Shown here piece after piece: positions 51,301 to 64,000 of a DNA stretch of 64,000 bases. The DNA is taken from positions 25,420,001 to 25,484,000 of the forward strand of contig OZ024741.1 of the NCBI GenBank assembly GCA_964016885.1, in the 5' to 3' direction. Under the pieces are notes generated by a model. It saw only the letters and a program-made list of their open reading frames with translations. It was not told where the DNA came from and searched no databases. Numbering within the stretch: the stretch's first letter is position 1; every line of letters begins with the position of its first letter. Source of the stretch: Eledone cirrhosa (Eukaryota). The position numbers and the translations under genes were made by a program.

Positions 51301-54300
51301 TCATTACCATATTTCTAATAAAAGACACTGTCTATGTTGTTTAACCCTTTCATTACCATATTTCTAATAAAAGACACTGTCTATGTTGTTTAACCCTTTC
51401 ATTACCATATTTCTAATAAAAGACACTGTCTATGTTGTTTAACCCTTTCATTACCATATTTCTAATAGAAGACACTGTTTTATGTTGTTTAACCCTTTCA
51501 TTATCATATTTCTAATAAAAGACACTGTCTATGTTGTTTAACCCTTTCATTACCATATTTCTAATAAAAGACACTGTCTATGTTGTTTAACCCTTTCATT
51601 ACCATATTTCTAATAAAAGACACTGTCTATGTTGTTTAACCCTTTCATTACCATATTTCTAATAAAAGACACTGTCTATGTTGTTTAACCCTTTCATTAC
51701 CATATTTCTAATAAAAGACACTGTCTATGTTGTTTAACCCTTTCATTACCATATTTCTAATAAAAGACAGTGTGTTGTTTAACCCTTTCATTATCATATT
51801 TCTAATAAAAGACACTGTCTATGTTGTTTAATCCTTTCATTACCATATTTCTAATAAAAGACGCTGTCTATGTTGTTTAACCCTATGTTGTTTAACCCTT
51901 TCATTACCATATTTCTAATAAAAGACACTGTCTATGTTGTTTAACCCTTTCATTACCATATTTCTAATAAAAGACACTGTCTATGATGTTTAACCATTTC
52001 ATTATCATATTTCTAATAAAAGACACTGTCTATGTTGTTTAACCCTTTCATTACCATATTTCTAATAAAAGACACTGTCTATGTTGTTTAACCCTTTCAT
52101 TACCAAATTTCTAATAAAAGACACTGTCTATGTTGTTTAACCCTTTCATTACCATATTTCTAATAAAAGACACTGTCTATGTTGTTTAACCCTTTCATTA
52201 CCATGTTTCTAATAAAAGACACTGTCTATGTTGTTTAACCCTTTCATTACCATATTTCTAATAAAAGACACTGTCTATGTTGTTTAACCCTTTCATTACC
52301 ATATTTCTAATAAAAGACACTGTCCATGTTGTTTAACCCTTTCATTACCATATTTCTAATAAAAGACACTGTCTATGTTGTTTAACCCTTTCATTACCAT
52401 ATTTCTAATAAAAGACAGTATGTTGTTTAACCCTTTCATTATCATATTTCTAATAAAAGACACTGTCTATGTTGTTTAACCCTTTCATTACAATATTTCT
52501 AATAAAAGACGCTGTCTATGTTGTTTAACCCTTTCATTACCATATTTCTAATAAAGGACACTGTCTATGTTGTTTAACCCTTTCATTACCATATTTCTAA
52601 TAAAAGACACTATCTATGTTGTTTAACCCTTTCATTACCATATTTCTAATAAAAGACACTGTCTATGTTGTTTAACCCTTTCATTATCATATTTCTAATA
52701 AAAGACACTGTCTATGTTGTTTAACTTTTCATTACCATATTTCTAATAAAAGACACTGTCTATGTTGTTTAACCCTTTCATTACCATATTTCTAATAAAA
52801 GACACTGTCTATGTTGTTTAACCCTTTCATTACCATATTTCTAATAAAAGACACTGTCTATGTTGTTTAACCCTTCCATTACCATATTTCTAATAAAAGA
52901 CACTGTCTATGTTGTTTAACCCTTTCATTACCATATTTCTAATAAAAGACACTGTCTATGTTGTTTAACCCTTTCATTACCATATTTCTAATAGAAGACA
53001 CTGTCTATGTTGTTTAACCCTTTCATTATCATATTTCTAATAAAAGACACTGTCTATGTTGTTTAACCCTTTCATTACCATATTTCTAATAAAAGACACT
53101 GTCTATGTTGTTTAACCCTTTCATTACCATATTTCTAATAAAAGATCCTGTCTATGTTGTTTAACCCTTTCATTACCATATTTCTAATAAAAGACACTGT
53201 CTATGTTGTTTAACCCTTTTATTACCATATTTCTAATAAAAGACAGTCTATGTTGTTTAACCCTTTCATTATCATATTTCTAATAAAAGACACTGTCTAT
53301 GTTGTTTAACCCTTTCATTACCATATTTCTAATAAAAGACACTGTCTATGTTGTTTAACTCTTTCATTACCATATTTCTAATAAAAGACACCGTCTATGT
53401 TGTTTAACCCTTTCATTATCATATTTCTAATAAAAGACACTGTCTATGTTGTTTAACCCTTTCATTACCATATTCCTAATAAAAGACACTGTCTATGTTG
53501 TTTAACCCTTTCATTACCATATTTCTAATAAAAGACACTGTCTATGTTGTTTAACCCTTTCATTACCATATTTCTAATAAAAGACACTGTCTATGATGTT
53601 TAACCATTTCATTATCATATTTCTAATAAAAGACACTGTCTATGTTGTTTAACCCTTTCATTACCATATTTCTAATAAAAGACACTGTCTATGTTGTTTA
53701 ACCCTTTCATTATCATATTTCTAATAGAAGACACTGTCTATGTTGTTTAACCCTTTCATTATCATATTTCTAATAGAAGACACTATGTTGTTTAACCCTT
53801 TCATTACCATATTTCTAATAAAAGACACTGTCTATGTTGTTTAACACTTTCATTACCATATTTCTAATAAAAGACACCGTCTATGTTGTTTAACCCTTTC
53901 ATTATCATATTTCTAATAAAAGACACTGTCTATGTTGTTTAACCCTTTCATTACCATATTCCTAATAAAAGACACTGTCTATGTTGTTTAACCCTTTCAT
54001 TACCATATTTCTAATAAAAGACACTGTCTATGTTGTTTAACCCTTTCATTACCATATTTCTAATAAAAGACACTGTCTATGATGTTTAACCATTTCATTA
54101 TCATATTTCTAATAAAAGACACTGTCTATGTTGTTTAACCCTTTCATTACCATATTTCTAATAAAAGACACTGTCTATGTTGTTTAACCCTTTCATTATC
54201 ATATTTCTAATAGAAGACACTATGTTGTTTAACCCTTTCATTACCATATTTCTAATAAAAGACACTGTCTATGTTGTTTAACACTTTCATTACCATATTT

Positions 54301-57300
54301 CTAATAAAAGACACTGTCTATGTTGTTTAACCCTTTCATTACCATATTTCTAATAAAAGACACTGTCTATGATGTTTAACCATTTCATTATCATATTTCT
54401 AATAAAAGACACTGTCTATGTTGTTTAACCCTTTCATTACCATATTTCTTATAAAAGACACTGTCTATGTTGTTTAACCCTTTCATTACCAAATTTCTAA
54501 TAAAAGACACTGTCTATGTTGTTTAACCCTTTCATTACCATATTTCTAATAAAAGACACTGTCTATGTTGTTTAACCCTTTCATTACCATGTTTCTAATA
54601 AAAGACACTGTCTATGTTGTTTAACCCTTTCATTATCATATTTCTAATAGAAGACACTGTCTATGTTGTTTAACCCTTTCATTATCATATTTCTAATAGA
54701 AGACACTATGTTGTTTAACCCTTTCATTACCATATTTCTAATAAAAGACACTGTCTATGTTGTTTAACACTTTCATTACCATATTTCTAATAAAAGACAC
54801 TGTCTATGTTGTTTAACCCTTTCATTACCATATTTCTAATAAAAGACACTGTCTATGTTGTTTAACCCTTTCATTACCATGTTTCTAATAAAAGACACTG
54901 TCTATGTTGTTTAACCCTTTCATTATCATATTTCTAATAGAAGACACTGTCTATGTTGTTTAACCCTTTCATTATCATATTTCTAATAGAAGACACTATG
55001 TTGTTTAACCCTTTCATTACCATATTTCTAATAAAAGACACTGTCTATGTTGTTTAACACTTTCATTACCATATTTCTAATAAAAGACACTGTCTATGTT
55101 GTTTAACCCTTTCATTACCATATTTCTAATAAAAGACACTGTCTATGATGTTTAACCATTTCATTATCATATTTCTAATAAAAGACACTGTCTATGTTGT
55201 TTAACCCTTTCATTACCATATTTCTAATAAAAGACACTGTCTATGTTGTTTAACCCTTTCATTACCAAATTTCTAATAAAAGACACTGTCTATGTTGTTT
55301 AACCCTTTCATTACCATATTTCTAATAAAAGACACTGTCTATGTTGTTTAACCCTTTCATTACCATGTTTCTAATAAAAGACACTGTCTATGTTGTTTAA
55401 CCCTTTCATTACCATATTTCTAAGAAAAGACAGTCTATGTTGTTTAACCCTTTCATTATCATATTTCTAATAAAAGACACTGTCTATGTTGTTTAACCCT
55501 TTCATTATCATATTTCTAATAAAAGACACTGTCTATGTTGTTTAACCCTTTCATTACCATATTTCTAATAAAAGACACTATCTATGTTGTTTAACCCTTT
55601 CATTACCATATTTCTAATAAAAGACACTGTCCATGTTGTTTAACCCTTTCATTACCATATTTCTAATAAAAGACACTGTCTATGTTGTTTAACCCTTTCA
55701 TTACCATATTTCTAATAAAAGACAGTATGTTGTTTAACCCTTTCATTATCATATTTCTAATAGAAGACACTATGTTGTTTAACCCTTTCATTACCATATT
55801 TCTAATAAAAGACATTGTCTATGTTGTTTAACACTTTCATTACCATATTTCTAATAAAAGACAATGTCTATGTTGTTTAACCCTTTCATTACCATATTTC
55901 TAATAAAAGACACTGTCTATGATGTTTAACCATTTCATTATCATATTTCTAATAAAAGACACTGTCTATGTTGTTTAACCCTTTCATTACCATATTTCTA
56001 ATAAAAGACACTGTCTATGTTGTTTAACCCTTTCATTACCAAATTTCCAATAAAAGACACTGTCTATGTTGTTTAACCCTTTCATTACCATATTTCTAAT
56101 AAAAGACACTGTCTATGTTGTTTAACCCTTTCATTACCATGTTTCTAATAAAAGACACTGTCTATGTTGTTTAACCCTTTCATTACCATATTTCTAAGAA
56201 AAGACAGTCTATGTTGTTTAACCCTTTCATTATCATATTTCTAATAAAAGACACTGTCTATGTTGTTTAACCCTTTCATTATCATATTTCTAATAAAAGA
56301 CACTGTCTATGTTGTTTAACCCTTTCATTACCATATTTCTAATAAAAGACACTGTCTATGTTGTTTAACCCTTTCATTACCATATTTCTAATAAAAGACA
56401 CTGTCCATGTTGTTTAACCCTTTCATTACCATATTTCTAATAAAAGACACTGTCTATGTTGTTTAACCCTTTCATTACCATATTTCTAATAAAAGACAGT
56501 ATGTTGTTTAACCCTTTCATTATCATATTTCTAATAAAAGACACTGTCTATGTTGTTTAACCCTTTCATTACAATATTTCTAATAAAAGACGCTGTCTAT
56601 GTTGTTTAACCCTTTCATTACCATATTTCTAATAAAAGACACTGTCTATGTTGTTTAACCCTTTCATTACCATATTTCTAATAAAAGACACTGTCTATAT
56701 TGTTTAACCCTTTCATTACCATATTTCTAATAAAAGACACTGTCTATGTTGTTTAACCCTTTCATTATCATATTTCTAATAAAAGACACTGTCTATGTTG
56801 TTTAACTTTTCATTACCATATTTCTAATAAAAGACACTGTCTATGTTGTTTAACCCTTTCATTACCATATTTCTAATAAAAGACACTGTCTATGTTGATT
56901 AACCCTTTCATTACCATATTTCTAATAAAAGACACTGTCTATGTTGTTTAACCCTTTCATTACCATATTTCTAATAAAAGACACTGTCTATGTTGTTTAA
57001 CCCTTTCATTACCATATTTCTAATAAAAGACACTGTCTATGTTGTTTAACCCTTTCATTACCATATTTCTAATAGAAGACACTGTCTATGTTGTTTAACC
57101 CTTTCATTATCATATTTCTAATAAAAGACACTGTCTATGTTGTTTAACCCTTTCATTACCATATTTCTAATAAAAGACACTGTCTATGTTGTTTAACCCT
57201 TTCATTACCATATTTCTAATAAAAGACACTGTCTATGTTGTTTAACCCTTTCATTACCATATTTCTAATAAAAGACACTGTCTATGTTGTTTAACCCTTT

Positions 57301-60300
57301 CATTATCATATTTCTAATAAAAGACACTGTCTATGTTGTTTAACCCTTTCATTACCATATTTCTAATAAAAGACACTGTCTATGTTGTTTAACCCTTTCA
57401 TTACCATATTTCTAATAAAAGACACTGTCTATGTTGTTTAACCCTTTCATTACCATATTTCTAATAAAAGACACTGTCTATGTTGTTTAACCCTTTCATT
57501 ACCATATTTCTAATAAAAGACACTGTCTATGTTGTTTAACCCTTTCATTACCATATTTCTAATAGAAGACACTGTCTATGTTGTTTAACCCTTTTATTAT
57601 CATATTTCTAATAAAAGACACTGTCTATGTTGTTTAACCCTTTCATTACCATATTTCTAATAAAAGACACTGTCTATGTTGTTTAACCCTTTCATTACCA
57701 TATTTCTAATAAAAGACACTGTCTATGTTGTTTAACCCTTTCATTACCATATTTCTAATAAAAGACACTGTCTGTTGTTTAACCCTTTCATTACCATATT
57801 TCTAATAAAAGACACTGTCTATGTTGTTTAACCCTTTCATTACCATATTTGTAATAAAAGACAGTGTGTTGTTTAACCCTTTCATTATCATATTTCTAAT
57901 AAAAGACACTGTCTATGTTGTTTAATCCTTTCATTACCATATTTCTAATAAAAGACGCTGTCTATGTTGTTTAACCCTTTCATTACCATATTTCTAATAA
58001 AAGACACTGTCTATGTTGTTTAACCCTTTCATTACCATATTTGTAATAAAAGACAGTGTGTTGTTTAACCCTTTCATTATCATATTTCTAATAAAAGACA
58101 CTGTCTATGTTGTTTAATCCTTTCATTACCATATTTCTAATAAAAGACGCTGTCTATGTTGTTTAACCCTTTCATTACCATATTTCTAATAAAAGACACT
58201 GTCTATGTTGTTTAACCCTTTCATTACCATATTTCTAATAAAAGACACTGTCTATGTTGTTTAACCCTTTCATTACCATATTTCTAATAAAAGACACTGT
58301 CTATCTTGTTTAACCCTTTCATTACCATATTTCTAATAGAAGACACTGTCTATGTTGTTTAACCCTTTCATTACCATATTTCTAATAAAAGACACTGTCT
58401 ATGTTGTTTAACCCTTTCATTACCATATTTCTAATAAAAGACACTGTCTATGTTGTTTAACCCTTTCATTACCATATTTCTAATAAAAGACACTGTCTAT
58501 GTTGTTTAACCCTTTCATTACCATATTTCTAATAGAAGACACTGTTTTATGTTGTTTAACCCTTTCATTATCATATTTCTAATAAAAGACACTGTCTATG
58601 TTGTTTAACCCTTTCATTACCATATTTCTAATAAAAGACACTGTCTATGTTGTTTAACCCTTTCATTACCATATTTCTAATAAAAGACACTGTCTATGTT
58701 GTTTAACCCTTTCATTACCATATTTCTAATAAAAGACACTGTCTATGTTGTTTAACCCTTTCATTACCATATTTCTAATAAAAGACACTGTCTATGTTGT
58801 TTAACCCTTTCATTACCATATTTCTAATAAAAGACAGTGTGTTGTTTAACCCTTTCATTATCATATTTCTAATAAAAGACACTGTCTATGTTGTTTAATC
58901 CTTTCATTACCATATTTCTAATAAAAGACGCTGTCTATGTTGTTTAACCCTATGTTGTTTAACCCTTTCATTACCATATTTCTAATAAAAGACACTGTCT
59001 ATGTTGTTTAACCCTTTCATTACCATATTTCTAATAAAAGACACTGTCTATGATGTTTAACCATTTCATTATCATATTTCTAATAAAAGACACTGTCTAT
59101 GTTGTTTAACCCTTTCATTACCATATTTCTAATAAAAGACACTGTCTATGTTGTTTAACCCTTTCATTACCAAATTTCTAATAAAAGACACTGTCTATGT
59201 TGTTTAACCCTTTCATTACCATATTTCTAATAAAAGACACTGTCTATGTTGTTTAACCCTTTCATTACCATGTTTCTAATAAAAGACACTGTCTATGTTG
59301 TTTAACCCTTTCATTACCATATTTCTAATAAAAGACACTGTCTATGTTGTTTAACCCTTTCATTACCATATTTCTAATAAAAGACACTGTCCATGTTGTT
59401 TAACCCTTTCATTACCATATTTCTAATAAAAGACACTGTCTATGTTGTTTAACCCTTTCATTACCATATTTCTAATAAAAGACAGTATGTTGTTTAACCC
59501 TTTCATTATCATATTTCTAATAAAAGACACTGTCTATGTTGTTTAACCCTTTCATTACAATATTTCTAATAAAAGACGCTGTCTATGTTGTTTAACCCTT
59601 TCATTACCATATTTCTAATAAAGGACACTGTCTATGTTGTTTAACCCTTTCATTACCATATTTCTAATAAAAGACACTATCTATGTTGTTTAACCCTTTC
59701 ATTACCATATTTCTAATAAAAGACACTGTCTATGTTGTTTAACCCTTTCATTATCATATTTCTAATAAAAGACACTGTCTATGTTGTTTAACTTTTCATT
59801 ACCATATTTCTAATAAAAGACACTGTCTATGTTGTTTAACCCTTTCATTACCATATTTCTAATAAAAGACACTGTCTATGTTGTTTAACCCTTTCATTAC
59901 CATATTTCTAATAAAAGACACTGTCTATGTTGTTTAACCCTTCCATTACCATATTTCTAATAAAAGACACTGTCTATGTTGTTTAACCCTTTCATTACCA
60001 TATTTCTAATAAAAGACACTGTCTATGTTGTTTAACCCTTTCATTACCATATTTCTAATAGAAGACACTGTCTATGTTGTTTAACCCTTTCATTATCATA
60101 TTTCTAATAAAAGACACTGTCTATGTTGTTTAACCCTTTCATTACCATATTTCTAATAAAAGACACTGTCTATGTTGTTTAACCCTTTCATTACCATATT
60201 TCTAATAAAAGATCCTGTCTATGTTGTTTAACCCTTTCATTACCATATTTCTAATAAAAGACACTGTCTATGTTGTTTAACCCTTTTATTACCATATTTC

Positions 60301-63300
60301 TAATAAAAGACAGTCTATGTTGTTTAACCCTTTCATTATCATATTTCTAATAAAAGACACTGTCTATGTTGTTTAACCCTTTCATTACCATATTTCTAAT
60401 AAAAGACACTGTCTATGTTGTTTAACTCTTTCATTACCATATTTCTAATAAAAGACACCGTCTATGTTGTTTAACCCTTTCATTATCATATTTCTAATAA
60501 AAGACACTGTCTATGTTGTTTAACCCTTTCATTACCATATTCCTAATAAAAGACACTGTCTATGTTGTTTAACCCTTTCATTACCATATTTCTAATAAAA
60601 GACACTGTCTATGTTGTTTAACCCTTTCATTACCATATTTCTAATAAAAGACACTGTCTATGATGTTTAACCATTTCATTATCATATTTCTAATAAAAGA
60701 CACTGTCTATGTTGTTTAACCCTTTCATTACCATATTTCTAATAAAAGACACTGTCTATGTTGTTTAACCCTTTCATTATCATATTTCTAATAGAAGACA
60801 CTGTCTATGTTGTTTAACCCTTTCATTATCATATTTCTAATAGAAGACACTATGTTGTTTAACCCTTTCATTACCATATTTCTAATAAAAGACACTGTCT
60901 ATGTTGTTTAACACTTTCATTACCATATTTCTAATAAAAGACACCGTCTATGTTGTTTAACCCTTTCATTATCATATTTCTAATAAAAGACACTGTCTAT
61001 GTTGTTTAACCCTTTCATTACCATATTCCTAATAAAAGACACTGTCTATGTTGTTTAACCCTTTCATTACCATATTTCTAATAAAAGACACTGTCTATGT
61101 TGTTTAACCCTTTCATTACCATATTTCTAATAAAAGACACTGTCTATGATGTTTAACCATTTCATTATCATATTTCTAATAAAAGACACTGTCTATGTTG
61201 TTTAACCCTTTCATTACCATATTTCTAATAAAAGACACTGTCTATGTTGTTTAACCCTTTCATTATCATATTTCTAATAGAAGACACTATGTTGTTTAAC
61301 CCTTTCATTACCATATTTCTAATAAAAGACACTGTCTATGTTGTTTAACACTTTCATTACCATATTTCTAATAAAAGACACTGTCTATGTTGTTTAACCC
61401 TTTCATTACCATATTTCTAATAAAAGACACTGTCTATGATGTTTAACCATTTCATTATCATATTTCTAATAAAAGACACTGTCTATGTTGTTTAACCCTT
61501 TCATTACCATATTTCTTATAAAAGACACTGTCTATGTTGTTTAACCCTTTCATTACCAAATTTCTAATAAAAGACACTGTCTATGTTGTTTAACCCTTTC
61601 ATTACCATATTTCTAATAAAAGACACTGTCTATGTTGTTTAACCCTTTCATTACCATGTTTCTAATAAAAGACACTGTCTATGTTGTTTAACCCTTTCAT
61701 TATCATATTTCTAATAGAAGACACTGTCTATGTTGTTTAACCCTTTCATTATCATATTTCTAATAGAAGACACTATGTTGTTTAACCCTTTCATTACCAT
61801 ATTTCTAATAAAAGACACTGTCTATGTTGTTTAACACTTTCATTACCATATTTCTAATAAAAGACACTGTCTATGTTGTTTAACCCTTTCATTACCATAT
61901 TTCTAATAAAAGACACTGTCTATGTTGTTTAACCCTTTCATTACCATGTTTCTAATAAAAGACACTGTCTATGTTGTTTAACCCTTTCATTATCATATTT
62001 CTAATAGAAGACACTGTCTATGTTGTTTAACCCTTTCATTATCATATTTCTAATAGAAGACACTATGTTGTTTAACCCTTTCATTACCATATTTCTAATA
62101 AAAGACACTGTCTATGTTGTTTAACACTTTCATTACCATATTTCTAATAAAAGACACTGTCTATGTTGTTTAACCCTTTCATTACCATATTTCTAATAAA
62201 AGACACTGTCTATGATGTTTAACCATTTCATTATCATATTTCTAATAAAAGACACTGTCTATGTTGTTTAACCCTTTCATTACCATATTTCTAATAAAAG
62301 ACACTGTCTATGTTGTTTAACCCTTTCATTACCAAATTTCTAATAAAAGACACTGTCTATGTTGTTTAACCCTTTCATTACCATATTTCTAATAAAAGAC
62401 ACTGTCTATGTTGTTTAACCCTTTCATTACCATGTTTCTAATAAAAGACACTGTCTATGTTGTTTAACCCTTTCATTACCATATTTCTAAGAAAAGACAG
62501 TCTATGTTGTTTAACCCTTTCATTATCATATTTCTAATAAAAGACACTGTCTATGTTGTTTAACCCTTTCATTATCATATTTCTAATAAAAGACACTGTC
62601 TATGTTGTTTAACCCTTTCATTACCATATTTCTAATAAAAGACACTATCTATGTTGTTTAACCCTTTCATTACCATATTTCTAATAAAAGACACTGTCCA
62701 TGTTGTTTAACCCTTTCATTACCATATTTCTAATAAAAGACACTGTCTATGTTGTTTAACCCTTTCATTACCATATTTCTAATAAAAGACAGTATGTTGT
62801 TTAACCCTTTCATTATCATATTTCTAATAAAAGACACTGTCTATGTTGTTTAACCCTTTCATTACCATATTTCTAATAAAAGACACTGTCTATGTTGTTT
62901 AACCCTTTCATTACCATATTTCTAATAAAAGACACTGTCTATGTTGTTTAACCCTTCCATTACCATATTTCTAATAAAAGACACTGTCTATGTTGTTTAA
63001 CCCTTTCATTACCATATTTCTAATAAAAGACACTGTCTATGTTGTTTAACCCTTTCATTACCATATTTCTAATAGAAGACACTGTCTATGTTGTTTAACC
63101 CTTTCATTAATATATATCTAATAAAAGACACTGTCTATGTTGTTTAACCCTTTCATTACCATATTTCTAATAAAAGACACTGTCTATGTTGTTTAACCCT
63201 TTCATTACCATATTTCTAATAAAAGATCCTGTCTATGTTGTTTAACCCTTTCATTACCATATTTCTAATAAAAGACACTGTCTATGTTGTTTAACCCTTT

Positions 63301-64000
63301 TATTACCATATTTCTAATAAAAGACAGTCTATGTTGTTTAACCCTTTCATTATCATATTTCTAATAAAAGACACTGTCTATGTTGTTTAACTCTTTCATT
63401 ACCATATTTCTAATAAAAGACACCGTCTATGTTGTTTAACCCTTTCATTATCATATTTCTAATAAAAGACACTGTCTATGTTGTTTAACCCTTTCATTAC
63501 CATATTCCTAATAAAAGACACTGTCTATGTTGTTTAACCCTTTCATTACCATATTTCTAATAAAAGACACTGTCTATGTTGTTTAACCCTTTCATTACCA
63601 TATTTCTAATAAAAGACACTGTCTATGTTGTTTAACCCTTTCATTATCATATTTCTAATAGAAGACACTGTCTATGTTGTTTAACCCTTTCATTATCATA
63701 TTTCTAATAGAAGACACTATGTTGTTTAACCCTTTCATTACCATATTTCTAATAAAAGACACTGTCTATGTTGTTTAACACTTTCATTACCATATTTCTA
63801 ATAAAAGTACACCGTCTATGTTGTTTAACCCTTTCATTATCATATTTCTAATAAAAGACACTGTCTATGTTGTTTAACCCTTTCATTACCATATTCCTAA
63901 TAAAAGACACTGTCTATGTTGTTTAACCCTTTCATTACCATATTTCTAATAAAAGACACTGTCTATGTTGTTTAACCCTTTCATTACCATATTTCTAATA
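42384..64000. repeat. Satellite array 3 (right part), 49-bp monomer, about 440 copies, runs off the right edge
   Basis: Same monomer and variant set as 22770-37124. The order of variants continues across the LINE insertion. Confidence 0.98.

Noticed and set aside
1-64000. CRISPR-like appearance of the regular short repeats
   Set aside because: Monomers are contiguous with no unique spacers, there are no cas genes, and the context is eukaryotic (spliceosomal introns, LINEs).
22770-64000. Telomeric repeat similarity (TAACCCT in each 49-bp monomer)
   Set aside because: There is only one hexamer per monomer and never in tandem; this is not an interstitial telomeric array.

Overview
Eukaryotic (animal) genomic DNA, about 85% tandem repeat. 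The repeat content is most consistent with a mollusc, possibly a coleoid cephalopod; that assignment is inference. The ORF track misses the real host gene: two short minus-strand exons (17303-17410 and 16335-16411) with canonical splice sites encode part of the N-terminal Fe-S domain of NDUFS1, the 75-kDa subunit of complex I. The rest of the window therefore appears to be NDUFS1 intron. It holds three satellites: 50/52-bp (1-16264), 38/40-bp (18343-20511) and 49-bp (22770-64000). It also holds SINE, MITE and LINE-tail remnants, a doubly truncated, frameshifted RTE-clade LINE (+ strand), and one apparently intact, very young RTE-clade LINE (- strand, about 37125-42383) inserted into the 49-bp satellite. 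The intact element has an APE-RT ORF with a C4HC3 PHD-like finger inside the RT, and a 5' end of three near-identical 471-bp tandem monomers plus a partial one. It also has a duplicated ERSE-II-like motif, a 3' stem-loop and a (GAT)n tail. The satellite variant order shows a target-site deletion of about 28 bp instead of a target-site duplication.
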